Below, one piece after another: positions 15,306 through 26,942 of a stretch of 64,000 nt of DNA. This stretch comes from Escherichia coli (GTDB lineage Bacteria; Pseudomonadota; Gammaproteobacteria; Enterobacterales; Enterobacteriaceae): the NCBI RefSeq assembly GCF_003334385.1, contig NZ_QOWN01000014.1. The stretch is one strand, 5' to 3'. Position 1 is the first letter of the stretch. Each line of letters begins with the position of its first letter. The notes beneath the pieces were generated by a model. It saw nothing but the letters and a program-made list of their open reading frames with translations, was not told the DNA's origin and made no database searches. A program made the position numbers and the translations under genes.

Positions 15306-15717
15306 AAGAAAACATCCCCTGAGAGTTTAATTTTCGTCAAGATGCGTGGCGGACAATCCCCTGCCAGCGAAACGTTATCTTCCTGCTCCAGGTTTGCGAC
15401 AATTTGCTGCGTCGCAAAAAAGCAAACGTTTAGCTCCGCGCATACAAAACGGGTGGTAAAAAAAGCAAACGATTATCCGGCGATCATAGCGGCTTTTTCA
15501 ACCGAAGTTTGCTGCTTTTTTCTCTTTTATTGTCTTGACGATGAAAAACCAGGCAATTGATGCGCAAACGTTATCGTCGGTGCGCAAGATTGCAGCGTTA
15601 TCGAGCCGTATACCGTTCAGGATTGCGATAAAAAATCGTCTGAGATGACAAAAATATTGCGGTTAAAAAGTATACTTTTACACTGGCGAAGAAACGTCGG
15701 TGACATACAATTAAAGC

Positions 15718-15861
15718 ATCAACACCAACCGGAACCTCCACCACGTGCTCGAATGAGGTGTGTTGACGTCGGGGGAAAACCTCCTGTGTACCAGCGGGAT
15801 AGAGAGAAAGACAAAGACCGGAAAACAAACTAAAGCGCCCTTGTGGCGCTTTAGTTTTGTT
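15718..15861 (+). ncRNA. sraL: Candidate small RNA (SraL/RyjA-like) antisense to the soxR 3' end
   Basis: Good -10 hexamer TACAAT at 15706-15711 about 140 nt upstream of an intrinsic terminator (stem 15832-15839 / 15845-15852, then T-rich tail to 15861); no coding ORF with RBS in the interval; SraL is recalled to lie in the soxR-yjcD intergenic region on the opposite strand. Confidence 0.4.
15832..15861. terminator. Bidirectional intrinsic terminator at soxR 3' end
   Basis: Hairpin AAAGCGCC-cttgt-GGCGCTTT with T-rich run on plus strand and A-rich run upstream (T-run for minus strand); overlaps soxR stop codon. Confidence 0.7.
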
Positions 15862-16315
15862 CATCTTCCAGCAAGCGTGCGCCGGTACCTTCTTCTCCTA
15901 AGCGGTCGCCCGGGTTACGCAACGGGCAATCACTGCGCGAAAGGCAGCCACAACCAATACATCCGTCCAGTTCGTCACGCAGCGCCACTAAGGTATGAAT
16001 GCGCCGATCCAACTCTTCTCGCCATTGGGACGAAAGCTGTTTCCACTCTTTCGCACTTAACGTATGCCCTTCGGGCAACACGCCAAACGCTTCACCAATG
16101 GTCGCCAGCGGAATGCCAATACGCTGAGCAATTTTGATAATTGCAACATATCGCAACACATCACGTTTATATCGCCGCTGATTGCCGCTGTTACGGATAC
16201 TGGTAATCAACCCTTTACTTTCATAGAAATGCAGCGCCGATACCGCCACACCGCTGCGTTTCGCCACTTCGCCGGGGGTTAGCAGCGCTTTAATGCGGGG
16301 TAATTTCTTTTCCAT
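15851..16315 (-). CDS. soxR: SoxR, MerR-family redox-sensing regulator with [2Fe-2S] cluster (154 aa)
   Basis: 154 aa; N-terminal MerR HTH; C-terminal [12 protein letters not shown] cluster motif; divergent from soxS. Confidence 0.96.
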   Translation of the reverse strand: MEKKLPRIKALLTPGEVAKRSGVAVSALHFYESKGLITSIRNSGNQRRYKRDVLRYVAIIKIAQRIGIPLATIGEAFGVLPEGHTLSAKEWKQLSSQWREELDRRIHTLVALRDELDGCIGCGCLSRSDCPLRNPGDRLGEEGTGARLLEDEQN

Positions 16316-16326
16316 AAATCGCTTTA

Positions 16327-16344
16327 CCTCAAGTTAACTTGAGG
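16327..16344. promoter_or_regulatory. SoxR binding site within the soxS promoter spacer
   Basis: Perfect 18-bp palindrome CCTCAAGTTAACTTGAGG between a TTTACC -35-like hexamer (16323-16328) and TATACT -10 (16348-16353), giving the unusual 19-bp spacer. Confidence 0.9.
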
Positions 16345-16400
16345 AATTATACTCCCCAACAGATGAATTAACGAACTGAACACTGAAAAGAGGCAGATTT

Positions 16401-16724
16401 ATGTCCCATCAGAAAATTATTCAGGATCTTATCGCATGGATTGACGAGCATATTGACCAGCCGCTTAACATTGATGTAGTCGCAAAAAAATCAGGCTATT
16501 CAAAGTGGTACTTGCAACGAATGTTCCGCACGGTGACGCATCAGACGCTTGGCGATTACATTCGCCAACGTCGCCTGTTACTGGCCGCCGTTGAGTTGCG
16601 CACCACCGAGCGTCCGATTTTTGATATCGCAATGGACCTGGGTTATGTCTCGCAGCAGACCTTCTCCCGCGTTTTCCGTCGGCAGTTTGATCGCACTCCC
16701 AGCGATTATCGCCACCGCCTGTAG
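16401..16724 (+). CDS. soxS: SoxS, AraC-family superoxide response activator (107 aa)
   Basis: 107-aa ORF with two HTH regions; immediately downstream of the palindromic SoxR box. Confidence 0.96.
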   Translation: MSHQKIIQDLIAWIDEHIDQPLNIDVVAKKSGYSKWYLQRMFRTVTHQTLGDYIRQRRLLLAAVELRTTERPIFDIAMDLGYVSQQTFSRVFRRQFDRTPSDYRHRL

Positions 16725-16726
16725 TT

Positions 16727-18313
16727 TTATTGCCCGCGCGTTAACTCCCGCGCGGGTAATTGCTCCATCCATTGCATAAACACCTGCGGCGGCATCGCCT
16801 TCGCAAAAAACCATCCCTGGCAATAGCGCACGCCGCGTTTGCGCAGCCAGTTAACCTGCTCCTCAGTTTCGACGCCTTCAGCGATCGTTTTTAACCCCAG
16901 GCTGTGCGCCAGCTCGATGATGTGTTCCGCAATCAAATGACTGGTTTTGTGGGTGGTCAGCGTTTCAACAAACGATTTATCGATTTTCAAAATATCGACA
17001 TTCAATGATTTAAGGTTATGCAAGTTAGAGTAGCCAATACCAAAATCATCAATTGCCACTTCGTAACCAGCCTGGCGGAAAGCCAGAATAATCGGCGTCA
17101 TTTTTTCGACATCAAGAAATGCATGCTCAGTCACTTCAAATTTAATTTGCTGCGGACGCACCGCGTATTGCTCTGTTTTCTGATTGATTCGCGCTATCAA
17201 CCGTGACGTATGAAAATCGGAGGCCGACAGGTTAATAGAAACATAGCGATCGGCATGTGTTGCCAAGTACGCGCCCAGATCACGGAAGACATTATCAATA
17301 ACATAATCAGTTATCTGTTCTATCATCCCCTCCTTTTCTGCCAGCGGAATAAACTCTGCCGGATTCATTATTTGCCCCTGCTCACCAAGCCAACGTAACA
17401 ACGCTTCAGCGCCGATACATTTTTCTGTTTTGATATCGATTATTGGCTGGTAATAAAGACAAAGTTGATGTTTTTCGAGGGCGCGTTGCAATTTACGTTT
17501 GGGAGATAAATAGTTTTGTCGAATACGTAGCCAGAGTAATAGCAGAACAAGACTCCCCAAAATACCGGCGGGCAACGCAAAAATAAGATGATTATAAAAA
17601 TGGGTTATAAGACGTTGATATGAAGTCGCAACAATGGCTGCAATTGGGCGTTTTGTCGAATAAACTGTCGCATATAAATAGCCATTTCTTTGTACGGTTA
17701 AATCCTTCAAATGAATCAGCGGAGAAAACGTTGCTGCCGAGGCCTCTTTGCTTAACGAGAAAAAGGTTTTCGTCACCGTATCATACACACCCCATTGCAA
17801 TGTCGGATCATCAGACATCACTTCACTCCAGAAGAGAGGGTTGATAACTGCCACATAATTTCCCCGCTGCATATAGGTCATTTTATAGCCAGAGAAAAAA
17901 GGCGTATCGCGGTAATAATAGATAGAAACGTTAGGTTCACGCTTATAATCGGCCGGTGCAATCGTATAGCCGTTTACAGGCGCTATCAGCGATGAGCATA
18001 AAAAATGGTTATCACGGGCATAGATCAATTCATTAATATAAAGATAGCCACGAATAATATTCAACATTCGCTTTTGATGGGCTGGAGTGCAAACTTGCCC
18101 CTGATAGCGTTCAGCTGCATCGCTCACTAAATCTGCCTGGCGAATGACCAGCTCGGATTTATCCAGTGCCAGTTGAGCAAAGGTTCGGAGCTGATTATTC
18201 ACTTCTGATTTTGCCCAAAGGAAGGCAATCCATAGCGAAAGAATGATGGGAAAGAGAACTAAAAAGATAATGCCCGGCAACGCCAGTAATTGGTGTCGTG
18301 CACGATGACTCAT
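16727..18313 (-). CDS. pdeC: PdeC (YjcC), membrane-anchored EAL-domain c-di-GMP phosphodiesterase (528 aa)
   Basis: Two TM segments flanking a periplasmic domain, then an EAL domain (EALLRW); ATG at 18311-18313 gives 528 aa. Confidence 0.88.
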
Positions 18314-18618
18314 TGCTATCAATTTCCTGCCTGTTTATACCCGGCCATTGCAAGGTGAAAACCCTGGGTACCGACGTCTTTAGATAAATCTTACGGTATA
18401 AATAGCACTTTTGCCTGATTTGAAATTGATACCTTTCTAATCGTCACCTGGATGAAAATAATTCATTGATATTCAAAATTAATTTCCTACAGGAATGCAG
18501 AGGCGGCGGGAAGATATGCCCTTAATGCCACTGAAAAACCACATAATCTGTACAGCAATAAAAGTCACGGCCTAATATGGCTAACAAACAATCAATTGTG
18601 ATATAGTTCACAAAATTA

Positions 18619-18650
18619 ATGAAACAAACAGAGTGTTTCATTTTTGTGTT
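18619..18650 (+). terminator. Orphan terminator-like hairpin in the pdeC-yjcB intergenic region
   Basis: ATGAAACA-aacagag-TGTTTCAT stem-loop followed by TTTTTGTGTT; no plus-strand gene ends nearby. Confidence 0.35.
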
Positions 18651-18742
18651 CTGCAAGCCCCGCGATAGCCAGAGTGTACCACGCCTCCCGTGAACAACGC
18701 CGCGCTGTCCAGGGCATCGGCTCTTTTCAGAGGAATTGTTTG

Positions 18743-19024
18743 ATGGCTACCCTCACCACTGGCGTGGTTCTTCTTCGCTGGCAACTTCTTAGTGCCGTAA
18801 TGATGTTTCTGGCCAGCACACTCAACATCCGTTTTCGTCGGTCTGATTATGTCGGGCTTGCGGTGATCAGCAGCGGTCTGGGCGTTGTTTCCGCCTGTTG
18901 GTTCGCAATGGGGTTGCTTGGCATCACAATGGCGGACATCACCGCTATCTGGCACAACATCGAGTCGGTGATGATAGAAGAGATGAATCAGACACCGCCA
19001 CAATGGCCAATGATTTTGACCTGA
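18743..19024 (+). CDS. yjcB: YjcB, small inner membrane protein (93 aa)
   Basis: ATG at 18743 gives 93 aa (MATLTTGVVLL...); two hydrophobic segments; followed by a terminator hairpin. Confidence 0.75.
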   Translation: MATLTTGVVLLRWQLLSAVMMFLASTLNIRFRRSDYVGLAVISSGLGVVSACWFAMGLLGITMADITAIWHNIESVMIEEMNQTPPQWPMILT

Positions 19025-19029
19025 TACGT

Positions 19030-19060
19030 AGAAGCCTCCATAACGGAGGCTTCTTTTTTA
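19030..19060 (+). terminator. Intrinsic terminator downstream of yjcB
   Basis: GAAGCCTCC-ataac-GGAGGCTTC hairpin followed by TTTTTTAT. Confidence 0.75.
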
Positions 19061-19122
19061 TGGCTGGCAGATGCTTTAATCATCCACCTTAAAACAATAT
19101 AACCTATTGTTTTAATGACAAA

Positions 19123-19659
19123 TCAGAACGGAATGTCATCATCAAAGTCCATCGGCGGCTCGTTAGACGGCGCTGCCGGAGCGGACTGCTGCGGGCGAGA
19201 CTGCGCGCCGCCGCTGAACTGATTGCCACCCTGCGGCTGCTGAGGCTGACCCCAACCGCCCTGCGGCTGACCACCACCGATATTGCCACCTGCCGGAGCG
19301 CCACCACCCTGACGACCACCCAGCATCTGCATGGTGCCGCCAACGTTCACCACGACTTCTGTGGTGTAGCGATCCTGACCGGATTGATCGGTCCATTTAC
19401 GGGTACGCAGCTGACCTTCGATATAAACCTGAGAACCTTTACGCAGATATTCGCTGGCCACTTCTGCCAGTTTGCCGAACAGCACAACGCGGTGCCATTC
19501 AGTCTGTTCTTTCATCTCGCCGGTCGCTTTATCACGCCAGGATTCGGAAGTAGCCAGCGTAATGTTGGCAACTGCGCCACCATTTGGCATGTAGCGTACT
19601 TCCGGGTCCTGACCCAGATTACCAACGAGAATAACCTTGTTTACGCCTCTGCTGGCCAT
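19123..19659 (-). CDS. ssb: Single-stranded DNA-binding protein SSB (178 aa)
   Basis: [29 protein letters not shown]-terminus; Gly/Gln-rich linker; acidic C-terminal tail [11 protein letters not shown] at 19657-19659. Confidence 0.97.
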   Translation of the reverse strand: MASRGVNKVILVGNLGQDPEVRYMPNGGAVANITLATSESWRDKATGEMKEQTEWHRVVLFGKLAEVASEYLRKGSQVYIEGQLRTRKWTDQSGQDRYTTEVVVNVGGTMQMLGGRQGGGAPAGGNIGGGQPQGGWGQPQQPQGGNQFSGGAQSRPQQSAPAAPSNEPPMDFDDDIPF

Positions 19660-19809
19660 GTTCGTGTCTCCTGAAAAAAATCGTTCTGAATAAGTGTAAA
19701 CGCGCGATTGTACCATTACCAATAGCGCTTTTACTATGTTGTGACCTCGGTTCCGGGAAACAAACCTGGCCAGACATTGTTACACAACACTCCGGGTAAT
19801 GCATTCCAA

Positions 19810-19829
19810 TACTGTATATTCATTCAGGT
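19810..19829. promoter_or_regulatory. LexA box (SOS box) shared by divergent ssb and uvrA promoters
   Basis: TACTGTATATTCATTCAGGT matches CTGT-N8-CAG SOS-box consensus; located in the ssb-uvrA intergenic region. Confidence 0.85.
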
Positions 19830-19912
19830 CAATTTGTGTCATAATTAACCGTTTGTGATCGCCGGTAGCACCATGCCACCGGGCAAAAAAGCGTTTAATC
19901 CGGGAAAGGTGA

Positions 19913-22735
19913 ATGGATAAGATCGAAGTTCGGGGCGCCCGCACCCATAATCTCAAAAACATCAACCTCGTTATCCCCCGCGACAAGCTCATTGTCGTGA
20001 CCGGGCTTTCGGGTTCTGGCAAATCCTCGCTCGCTTTCGACACCTTATATGCCGAAGGGCAGCGCCGTTACGTTGAATCCCTTTCCGCCTACGCGCGGCA
20101 GTTTCTGTCACTGATGGAAAAGCCGGACGTCGATCATATTGAGGGGCTTTCTCCTGCCATCTCAATTGAGCAGAAATCGACGTCTCATAACCCGCGTTCT
20201 ACGGTGGGGACAATCACCGAAATCCACGACTATTTGCGTTTGTTATTCGCCCGCGTTGGCGAGCCGCGCTGTCCGGACCACGACGTCCCGCTGGCGGCGC
20301 AAACCGTCAGCCAGATGGTGGATAACGTGCTGTCGCAGCCGGAAGGCAAGCGTCTGATGCTACTCGCGCCAATCATTAAAGAGCGCAAAGGCGAACACAC
20401 CAAAACGCTGGAGAACCTAGCAAGCCAGGGTTACATCCGTGCTCGTATTGATGGCGAAGTCTGCGATCTTTCCGATCCGCCGAAACTGGAACTGCAAAAG
20501 AAACATACCATTGAAGTGGTGGTTGATCGCTTCAAGGTGCGTGACGATCTTACCCAACGTCTGGCCGAGTCGTTTGAAACCGCGCTAGAGCTTTCCGGTG
20601 GTACCGCGGTAGTGGCGGATATGGACGACCCGAAAGCGGAAGAGCTGCTGTTCTCCGCCAACTTCGCCTGCCCAATTTGCGGTTACAGTATGCGCGAGCT
20701 GGAGCCGCGACTGTTTTCGTTTAACAACCCGGCGGGGGCCTGCCCGACCTGCGACGGCCTTGGCGTACAGCAATATTTCGATCCTGACCGCGTGATCCAG
20801 AATCCGGAACTGTCGCTGGCAGGTGGTGCGATCCGTGGCTGGGATCGCCGCAACTTCTATTATTTCCAGATGCTGAAATCACTGGCAGATCACTATAAGT
20901 TCGACGTCGAAGCGCCGTGGGGCAGCTTGAGCGCGAACGTGCATAAAGTGGTGTTGTACGGTTCTGGCAAAGAAAACATTGAATTCAAATACATGAACGA
21001 TCGTGGCGATACCTCCATCCGTCGTCATCCGTTCGAAGGCGTGCTGCACAATATGGAGCGCCGTTATAAAGAGACAGAATCCAGTGCGGTACGTGAAGAA
21101 TTAGCCAAGTTTATCAGCAATCGCCCATGCGCCAGCTGCGAAGGAACGCGTCTGCGTCGGGAAGCGCGCCACGTGTATGTCGAGAATACGCCGCTGCCCG
21201 CCATCTCCGACATGAGCATCGGTCATGCGATGGAATTCTTCAACAATCTCAAACTCGCAGGTCAGCGGGCGAAGATTGCGGAAAAAATTCTTAAAGAGAT
21301 CGGCGATCGTTTGAAATTCCTCGTTAACGTCGGCCTGAATTACCTGACGCTTTCCCGCTCGGCAGAAACGCTTTCCGGCGGTGAAGCCCAGCGTATCCGT
21401 CTGGCGAGCCAGATTGGTGCGGGCCTGGTTGGCGTTATGTACGTGCTGGACGAGCCATCTATCGGCCTGCACCAGCGCGATAACGAGCGCCTGTTGGGTA
21501 CGCTTATCCATCTGCGCGATCTCGGTAATACCGTGATTGTGGTGGAGCACGACGAAGACGCGATTCGCGCCGCTGACCATGTGATCGACATTGGCCCGGG
21601 CGCAGGTGTTCACGGCGGTGAAGTGGTCGCGGAAGGTCCACTGGAAGCAATTATGGCGGTGCCGGAGTCGTTAACCGGACAGTACATGAGCGGTAAACGC
21701 AAGATTGAAGTGCCGAAGAAACGCGTTCCGGCGAATCCGGAAAAAGTGCTGAAGCTGACAGGCGCACGCGGTAATAACCTGAAAGACGTGACGCTGACGC
21801 TGCCAGTCGGTCTGTTTACCTGCATCACAGGGGTTTCAGGTTCCGGTAAATCGACGCTGATTAACGACACACTGTTCCCGATTGCCCAACGCCAGTTGAA
21901 TGGGGCGACCATCGCCGAACCGGCACCGTATCGCGATATTCAGGGACTGGAGCATTTCGACAAAGTGATCGATATCGACCAAAGCCCAATTGGTCGTACT
22001 CCGCGTTCTAACCCGGCGACCTATACCGGCGTGTTTACGCCTGTGCGCGAACTGTTTGCGGGCGTACCGGAATCCCGTGCGCGCGGCTATACGCCGGGAC
22101 GTTTCAGCTTTAACGTTCGTGGCGGACGCTGCGAGGCCTGTCAGGGCGATGGCGTGATCAAAGTGGAGATGCACTTCCTGCCGGATATCTACGTGCCGTG
22201 CGACCAGTGCAAAGGTAAACGCTATAACCGTGAAACGCTGGAGATTAAGTACAAAGGCAAAACCATCCACGAAGTGCTGGATATGACCATCGAAGAGGCG
22301 CGTGAGTTCTTTGATGCCGTACCTGCACTGGCGCGTAAGCTGCAAACGTTGATGGACGTTGGCCTGACGTACATTCGACTGGGGCAGTCCGCAACCACCC
22401 TTTCAGGCGGTGAAGCCCAGCGCGTGAAGCTGGCGCGTGAACTGTCAAAACGCGGCACCGGGCAGACGCTGTATATTCTCGACGAGCCGACCACCGGTCT
22501 GCACTTCGCCGATATTCAGCAACTGCTCGACGTACTGCATAAACTGCGCGATCAGGGCAACACCATTGTGGTGATTGAGCACAATCTCGACGTGATCAAA
22601 ACCGCTGACTGGATTGTCGACCTGGGACCAGAAGGCGGCAGTGGTGGCGGCGAGATCCTCGTCTCCGGTACGCCAGAAACCGTCGCGGAGTGCGAAGCAT
22701 CACACACGGCACGCTTCCTTAAGCCGATGCTGTAA
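19913..22735 (+). CDS. uvrA: UvrA, excinuclease ABC subunit A (940 aa)
   Basis: 940 aa; two ABC ATPase modules (GLSGSGKSS and GVSGSGKST Walker A); zinc-finger CxxC pairs; divergent from ssb with shared LexA box. Confidence 0.97.
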   Translation: MDKIEVRGARTHNLKNINLVIPRDKLIVVTGLSGSGKSSLAFDTLYAEGQRRYVESLSAYARQFLSLMEKPDVDHIEGLSPAISIEQKSTSHNPRSTVGTITEIHDYLRLLFARVGEPRCPDHDVPLAAQTVSQMVDNVLSQPEGKRLMLLAPIIKERKGEHTKTLENLASQGYIRARIDGEVCDLSDPPKLELQKKHTIEVVVDRFKVRDDLTQRLAESFETALELSGGTAVVADMDDPKAEELLFSANFACPICGYSMRELEPRLFSFNNPAGACPTCDGLGVQQYFDPDRVIQNPELSLAGGAIRGWDRRNFYYFQMLKSLADHYKFDVEAPWGSLSANVHKVVLYGSGKENIEFKYMNDRGDTSIRRHPFEGVLHNMERRYKETESSAVREELAKFISNRPCASCEGTRLRREARHVYVENTPLPAISDMSIGHAMEFFNNLKLAGQRAKIAEKILKEIGDRLKFLVNVGLNYLTLSRSAETLSGGEAQRIRLASQIGAGLVGVMYVLDEPSIGLHQRDNERLLGTLIHLRDLGNTVIVVEHDEDAIRAADHVIDIGPGAGVHGGEVVAEGPLEAIMAVPESLTGQYMSGKRKIEVPKKRVPANPEKVLKLTGARGNNLKDVTLTLPVGLFTCITGVSGSGKSTLINDTLFPIAQRQLNGATIAEPAPYRDIQGLEHFDKVIDIDQSPIGRTPRSNPATYTGVFTPVRELFAGVPESRARGYTPGRFSFNVRGGRCEACQGDGVIKVEMHFLPDIYVPCDQCKGKRYNRETLEIKYKGKTIHEVLDMTIEEAREFFDAVPALARKLQTLMDVGLTYIRLGQSATTLSGGEAQRVKLARELSKRGTGQTLYILDEPTTGLHFADIQQLLDVLHKLRDQGNTIVVIEHNLDVIKTADWIVDLGPEGGSGGGEILVSGTPETVAECEASHTARFLKPML

Positions 22736-22740
22736 TCGTT

Positions 22741-22768
22741 AAGGCCGCTTTCTGAGCGGCCTTTTCCT
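22741..22768. terminator. Bidirectional intrinsic terminator between convergent uvrA and yjbR
   Basis: AAGGCCGCT-ttctg-AGCGGCCTT hairpin followed by TTTCCTTT on plus strand; sits in the 34-bp gap between the two stop codons. Confidence 0.75.
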
Positions 22769-22769
22769 T

Positions 22770-23126
22770 TCAGAGTTGCACCAGCAATTTACGTTTTTCT
22801 TCCGGCAGTAAATTCACCGCCTGCTGATAAGACGCATCCACCAGATAATAGATTTGCGAATCTGGCAGCGAACCGTCGAGATACACGGTGCTCCAGTGCG
22901 CTTTATTCAGATGGCGGCTTGGACGCACATCGCTGTGCTGCTGACGTAGCAGCTCCGCCAGCTCCGGGCTGGTTTTCAGCGAAACAGCTGGGCGATTTTC
23001 TACTTCTTTCACCATCGCAAACAGTACATCTTCCACTTTGATCTGCGTCGCTTTCCAGTCGTTATGCACGCTCTGTTCTGCGCCTGGTTTTGCCATGCAA
23101 TATTGTAGCAACTCCGAAATGGTCAT
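22770..23126 (-). CDS. yjbR: YjbR, small uncharacterised protein (118 aa)
   Basis: 118-aa ORF recalled as YjbR; position immediately downstream of uvrA. Confidence 0.8.
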   Translation of the reverse strand: MTISELLQYCMAKPGAEQSVHNDWKATQIKVEDVLFAMVKEVENRPAVSLKTSPELAELLRQQHSDVRPSRHLNKAHWSTVYLDGSLPDSQIYYLVDASYQQAVNLLPEEKRKLLVQL

Positions 23127-23129
23127 TTT

Positions 23130-23546
23130 TTACTCCCCTTGTAGTGTCGCGATGATGCGACGCGATCCGCCGTGGATGCGATGTTCCCCCAGCCAAATGC
23201 CTTGCCAGGTGCCGGTCTGAATACGCCCTTTATGCACCGGCAATACAAGCGATGTTCCCAGCATTGAGGATTTGATATGAGAAGGCATATCGTCTGCTCC
23301 CTCATAGTCATGCTCATAATTTCCGTTGTCGGGAACGGTGCGGAGGAAAAAACGCTCCATGTCGTGGCGTACGGTGGGATCGCAGTTCTCATTAAGTGTC
23401 AGAGAGGCGGAGGTATGTTGCAGCAACAGATGCAGTAAGCCGATGTTAACGCGCGGCATATCAGCCAGCTGATTCAGAATTTCATCCGTTACCAGATGAA
23501 ACCCACGAGATTTGGCGCTAAGCGTGAGCGTCTTTTGATACCACAT
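23130..23546 (-). CDS. yjbQ: YjbQ, uncharacterised protein (138 aa)
   Basis: 138-aa ORF recalled as YjbQ; tandem with yjbR. Confidence 0.8.
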
Positions 23547-23656
23547 GTGCTGCTCCTTGATAAAACTCTCTTAATCAGTTTGCAGCAAGACAGCGAAAGG
23601 ATAAAGGTGTGATTAAAAAAACAGCATTCGGGAGAGCATCACGCTCTCCCGCTCTG

Positions 23657-24649
<993 letters not shown>

Positions 24650-24732
24650 TTAATGAACTTAATGATACAGCATTACAAAAACAATCGAAGTTTATAAAGA
24701 TGATTCCTGATTGACCAGAACCCTATCCTACA

Positions 24733-25158
24733 ATGGTGACTAATTTTATTACTCCCGATGGAGATGATGATATGAATATATCATATGTGAATAGCAACAA
24801 AACGACATCTTTACCTGTTGAGCTAGATGCACTAAATAATAAAGATACCTCTTATGCCAAAGATTTTTCTTATGCTAAAGATTTCTTTTTATACATAGAA
24901 ACACAGTTAAAAATTGCAAAAGATTTTTGTAGACCTGGAGAAGAAGTATCAAGTTCTATTGCAAGTAAAGTTTTTCACGCATTTATTGATTTAGTTAACA
25001 AAATCAGGGGTAAGAAAGACTTTATGTATATTTGCACGCTTTGCTGTTTTGCCGAGGAGGTTAAAGGTGATTATTCTCATTACAGGACCTTTTTATTTGA
25101 TATTGGTAATCAATATAAGGTTAAACTTACACAAAGCGGAAAAAATAGCTCTCTTTAA
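24733..25158 (+). CDS. Hypothetical protein in AT-rich islet (up to 141 aa; true start uncertain, possibly the internal Met at MNISYV)
   Basis: Open frame in a low-GC tract between aphA and tyrB; internal tandem SYAKDF-SYAKDF from an 18-bp nucleotide repeat; no homology assignable from memory. Confidence 0.3.
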   Translation: MVTNFITPDGDDDMNISYVNSNKTTSLPVELDALNNKDTSYAKDFSYAKDFFLYIETQLKIAKDFCRPGEEVSSSIASKVFHAFIDLVNKIRGKKDFMYICTLCCFAEEVKGDYSHYRTFLFDIGNQYKVKLTQSGKNSSL

Positions 25159-25197
25159 CATTAGAATTTAACGATACTATAATTGAATCTCAGAAAG

Positions 25198-25422
25198 TCA
25201 CAGGTAATAAGGCAAAGCATATTCTTGAGGATATAGAAATATTCTATCGTAACAAACCCGATACTTATTATTAAATTTAATAATGGTTAGATGTGCAGAA
25301 ATTATTACTCCACACGAAAAAATAGGGAAAGGAATTCCAGATAATTGGGATAAACTTAACAATAAAAGAACTGACAACGTTTTATTATCTCTCACGTAGA
25401 ACAACGGCATCAAAAAAATCAT
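25198..25422 (-). CDS. Hypothetical small hydrophobic protein (74 aa), possibly yjbS-like
   Basis: Small ORF convergent with the 24733-25158 ORF in the same AT-rich islet; hydrophobic N-terminal half; K-12 has a small yjbS gene in this interval but I cannot confirm identity. Confidence 0.2.
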   Translation of the reverse strand: MIFLMPLFYVRDNKTLSVLLLLSLSQLSGIPFPIFSCGVIISAHLTIIKFNNKYRVCYDRIFLYPQEYALPYYL

Positions 25423-25496
25423 CTACAAAGAAATAGTGAAAGCGACGACAGTTTAATTTCACTGCAGGCTGGGTAACTCCAGCCTGCTTTCCTGCA

Positions 25497-26690
25497 TTAC
25501 ATCACCGCAGCAAACGCCTTTGCCACACGTTGTACATTTGCCGTATTTAACCCGGCGACACACATGCGACCGCTGGCGATGAGATAGACACCAAATTCTT
25601 CACGTAGTCGGTCAACCTGAGCGGCACTTAAACCGGTATAACTGAACATGCCGCGCTGATTAAGCAGATAATCGAAATTGCGTTCTGGCATCTCTGTGCT
25701 TAATACCTTCACCAATTCCTGACGCATTGCCAGAATGCGAGTACGCATCTCTTCTACTTCCGCCAGCCAGCTGGCTTTCAATGCCTCGTCATTCAGCACT
25801 GCAGCCACCACCTGCGCACCAAAATTCGGCGGGCTGGAGTAGTTGCGGCGAACTGTTGCTTTCAATTGCCCCAGTACGCGGCCAGCGGCTTCGGCATCTT
25901 CACACATAACAGAAAGTCCGCCGACGCGCTCGCCGTAAAGGGAGAAAATTTTCGAGAACGAATTGCTCACCAGAGCGGGTAATCCAGCGCTGGCAATGGC
26001 GCGAATAGCGTAGGCATCCTCTTCCATACCGGCACCAAATCCTTGATAGGCAATATCGAGGAATGGAATAAGCTCGCGGGCTTTGAGAATTTCAATCACC
26101 GCATCCCACTGATCATTAGTGAGATCGGCACCCGTTGGGTTGTGGCAACATGGATGCAGCAACACAATACTGCGGGCAGGTAATGTTTTCAGCGTCGCCA
26201 ACAGGTCATTAAAGCGCACGCCGTTAGTCGCTTCGTCATACCAGGGGTAAGTACTCACTTCGAATCCAGCCCCGGCGAATATTGCTACGTGGTTTTCCCA
26301 GGTAGGATCGCTGACCCAGACGCCTGATTCCGGGAAGTAGCGTTTCAGGAAATCCGCGCCCACTTTCAATGCCCCGGAGCCGCCAAGGGTTTGAATGGTT
26401 GCTACGCGCTGTTGTTTCAGTACCGGATGGTCCGCACCAAACAGCAGCGGCGCAATGGCATGGCGATAGCTGTTAAGCCCTTCCATCGGTAAATAAAGCG
26501 AAGCGCCATGAGGCTGCGCATTCAGGCGCGCTTCCGCCTCCGCCACGGCTTGCAGTTGTGGAATAATTCCGTCTTCGTTGTAGTACAGACCGATACTTAA
26601 ATTCACTTTGTCGCTGCGAGGGTCTTCTTTAAAACGCTCCATAAGCGTAAGAATCGGGTCGCCAGCGTAGGCGTCAACTTTTTGAAACAC
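25497..26690 (-). CDS. tyrB: TyrB, aromatic-amino-acid aminotransferase (397 aa)
   Basis: GTG start at 26688-26690 gives 397 aa ([16 protein letters not shown]...); PLP-dependent class I aminotransferase sequence. Confidence 0.95.
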   Translation of the reverse strand: MFQKVDAYAGDPILTLMERFKEDPRSDKVNLSIGLYYNEDGIIPQLQAVAEAEARLNAQPHGASLYLPMEGLNSYRHAIAPLLFGADHPVLKQQRVATIQTLGGSGALKVGADFLKRYFPESGVWVSDPTWENHVAIFAGAGFEVSTYPWYDEATNGVRFNDLLATLKTLPARSIVLLHPCCHNPTGADLTNDQWDAVIEILKARELIPFLDIAYQGFGAGMEEDAYAIRAIASAGLPALVSNSFSKIFSLYGERVGGLSVMCEDAEAAGRVLGQLKATVRRNYSSPPNFGAQVVAAVLNDEALKASWLAEVEEMRTRILAMRQELVKVLSTEMPERNFDYLLNQRGMFSYTGLSAAQVDRLREEFGVYLIASGRMCVAGLNTANVQRVAKAFAAVM

Positions 26691-26885
26691 GCGATGGTTC
26701 TCCAGGTTTACGGGCAGGTGGTTAAAACACAATAAACCGGAAGAAGGCGAAGATCGAGTGGATGTTCAGGAGCGAACGGCAATTAGCAACAGAGTGAGAC
26801 TCATGACAAACGTACATCCGCCAGAGGCACGACCTTTATAAGAGCATGAAAGAACATCAACTTATTGAATTTTTAGGATTTTATT

Positions 26886-26920
26886 GGCCGGATAAGGCAT
26901 TCACGCCGCATCCGGCACAG
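26886..26920. repeat. Single REP element between tyrB and alr
   Basis: GGCCGGATAAGGCATTCACGCCGCATCCGGCA palindromic unit. Confidence 0.8.
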
Positions 26921-26942
26921 ACAATCAAATATTACAGAACGA

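Noticed and set aside
15598-16137. Small ORFs (88 aa minus, 62 and 125 aa plus) in the ghxP-soxR intergenic region
   Set aside because: Overlap the candidate sRNA and terminator or the soxR coding region; no RBS; more parsimoniously non-coding.
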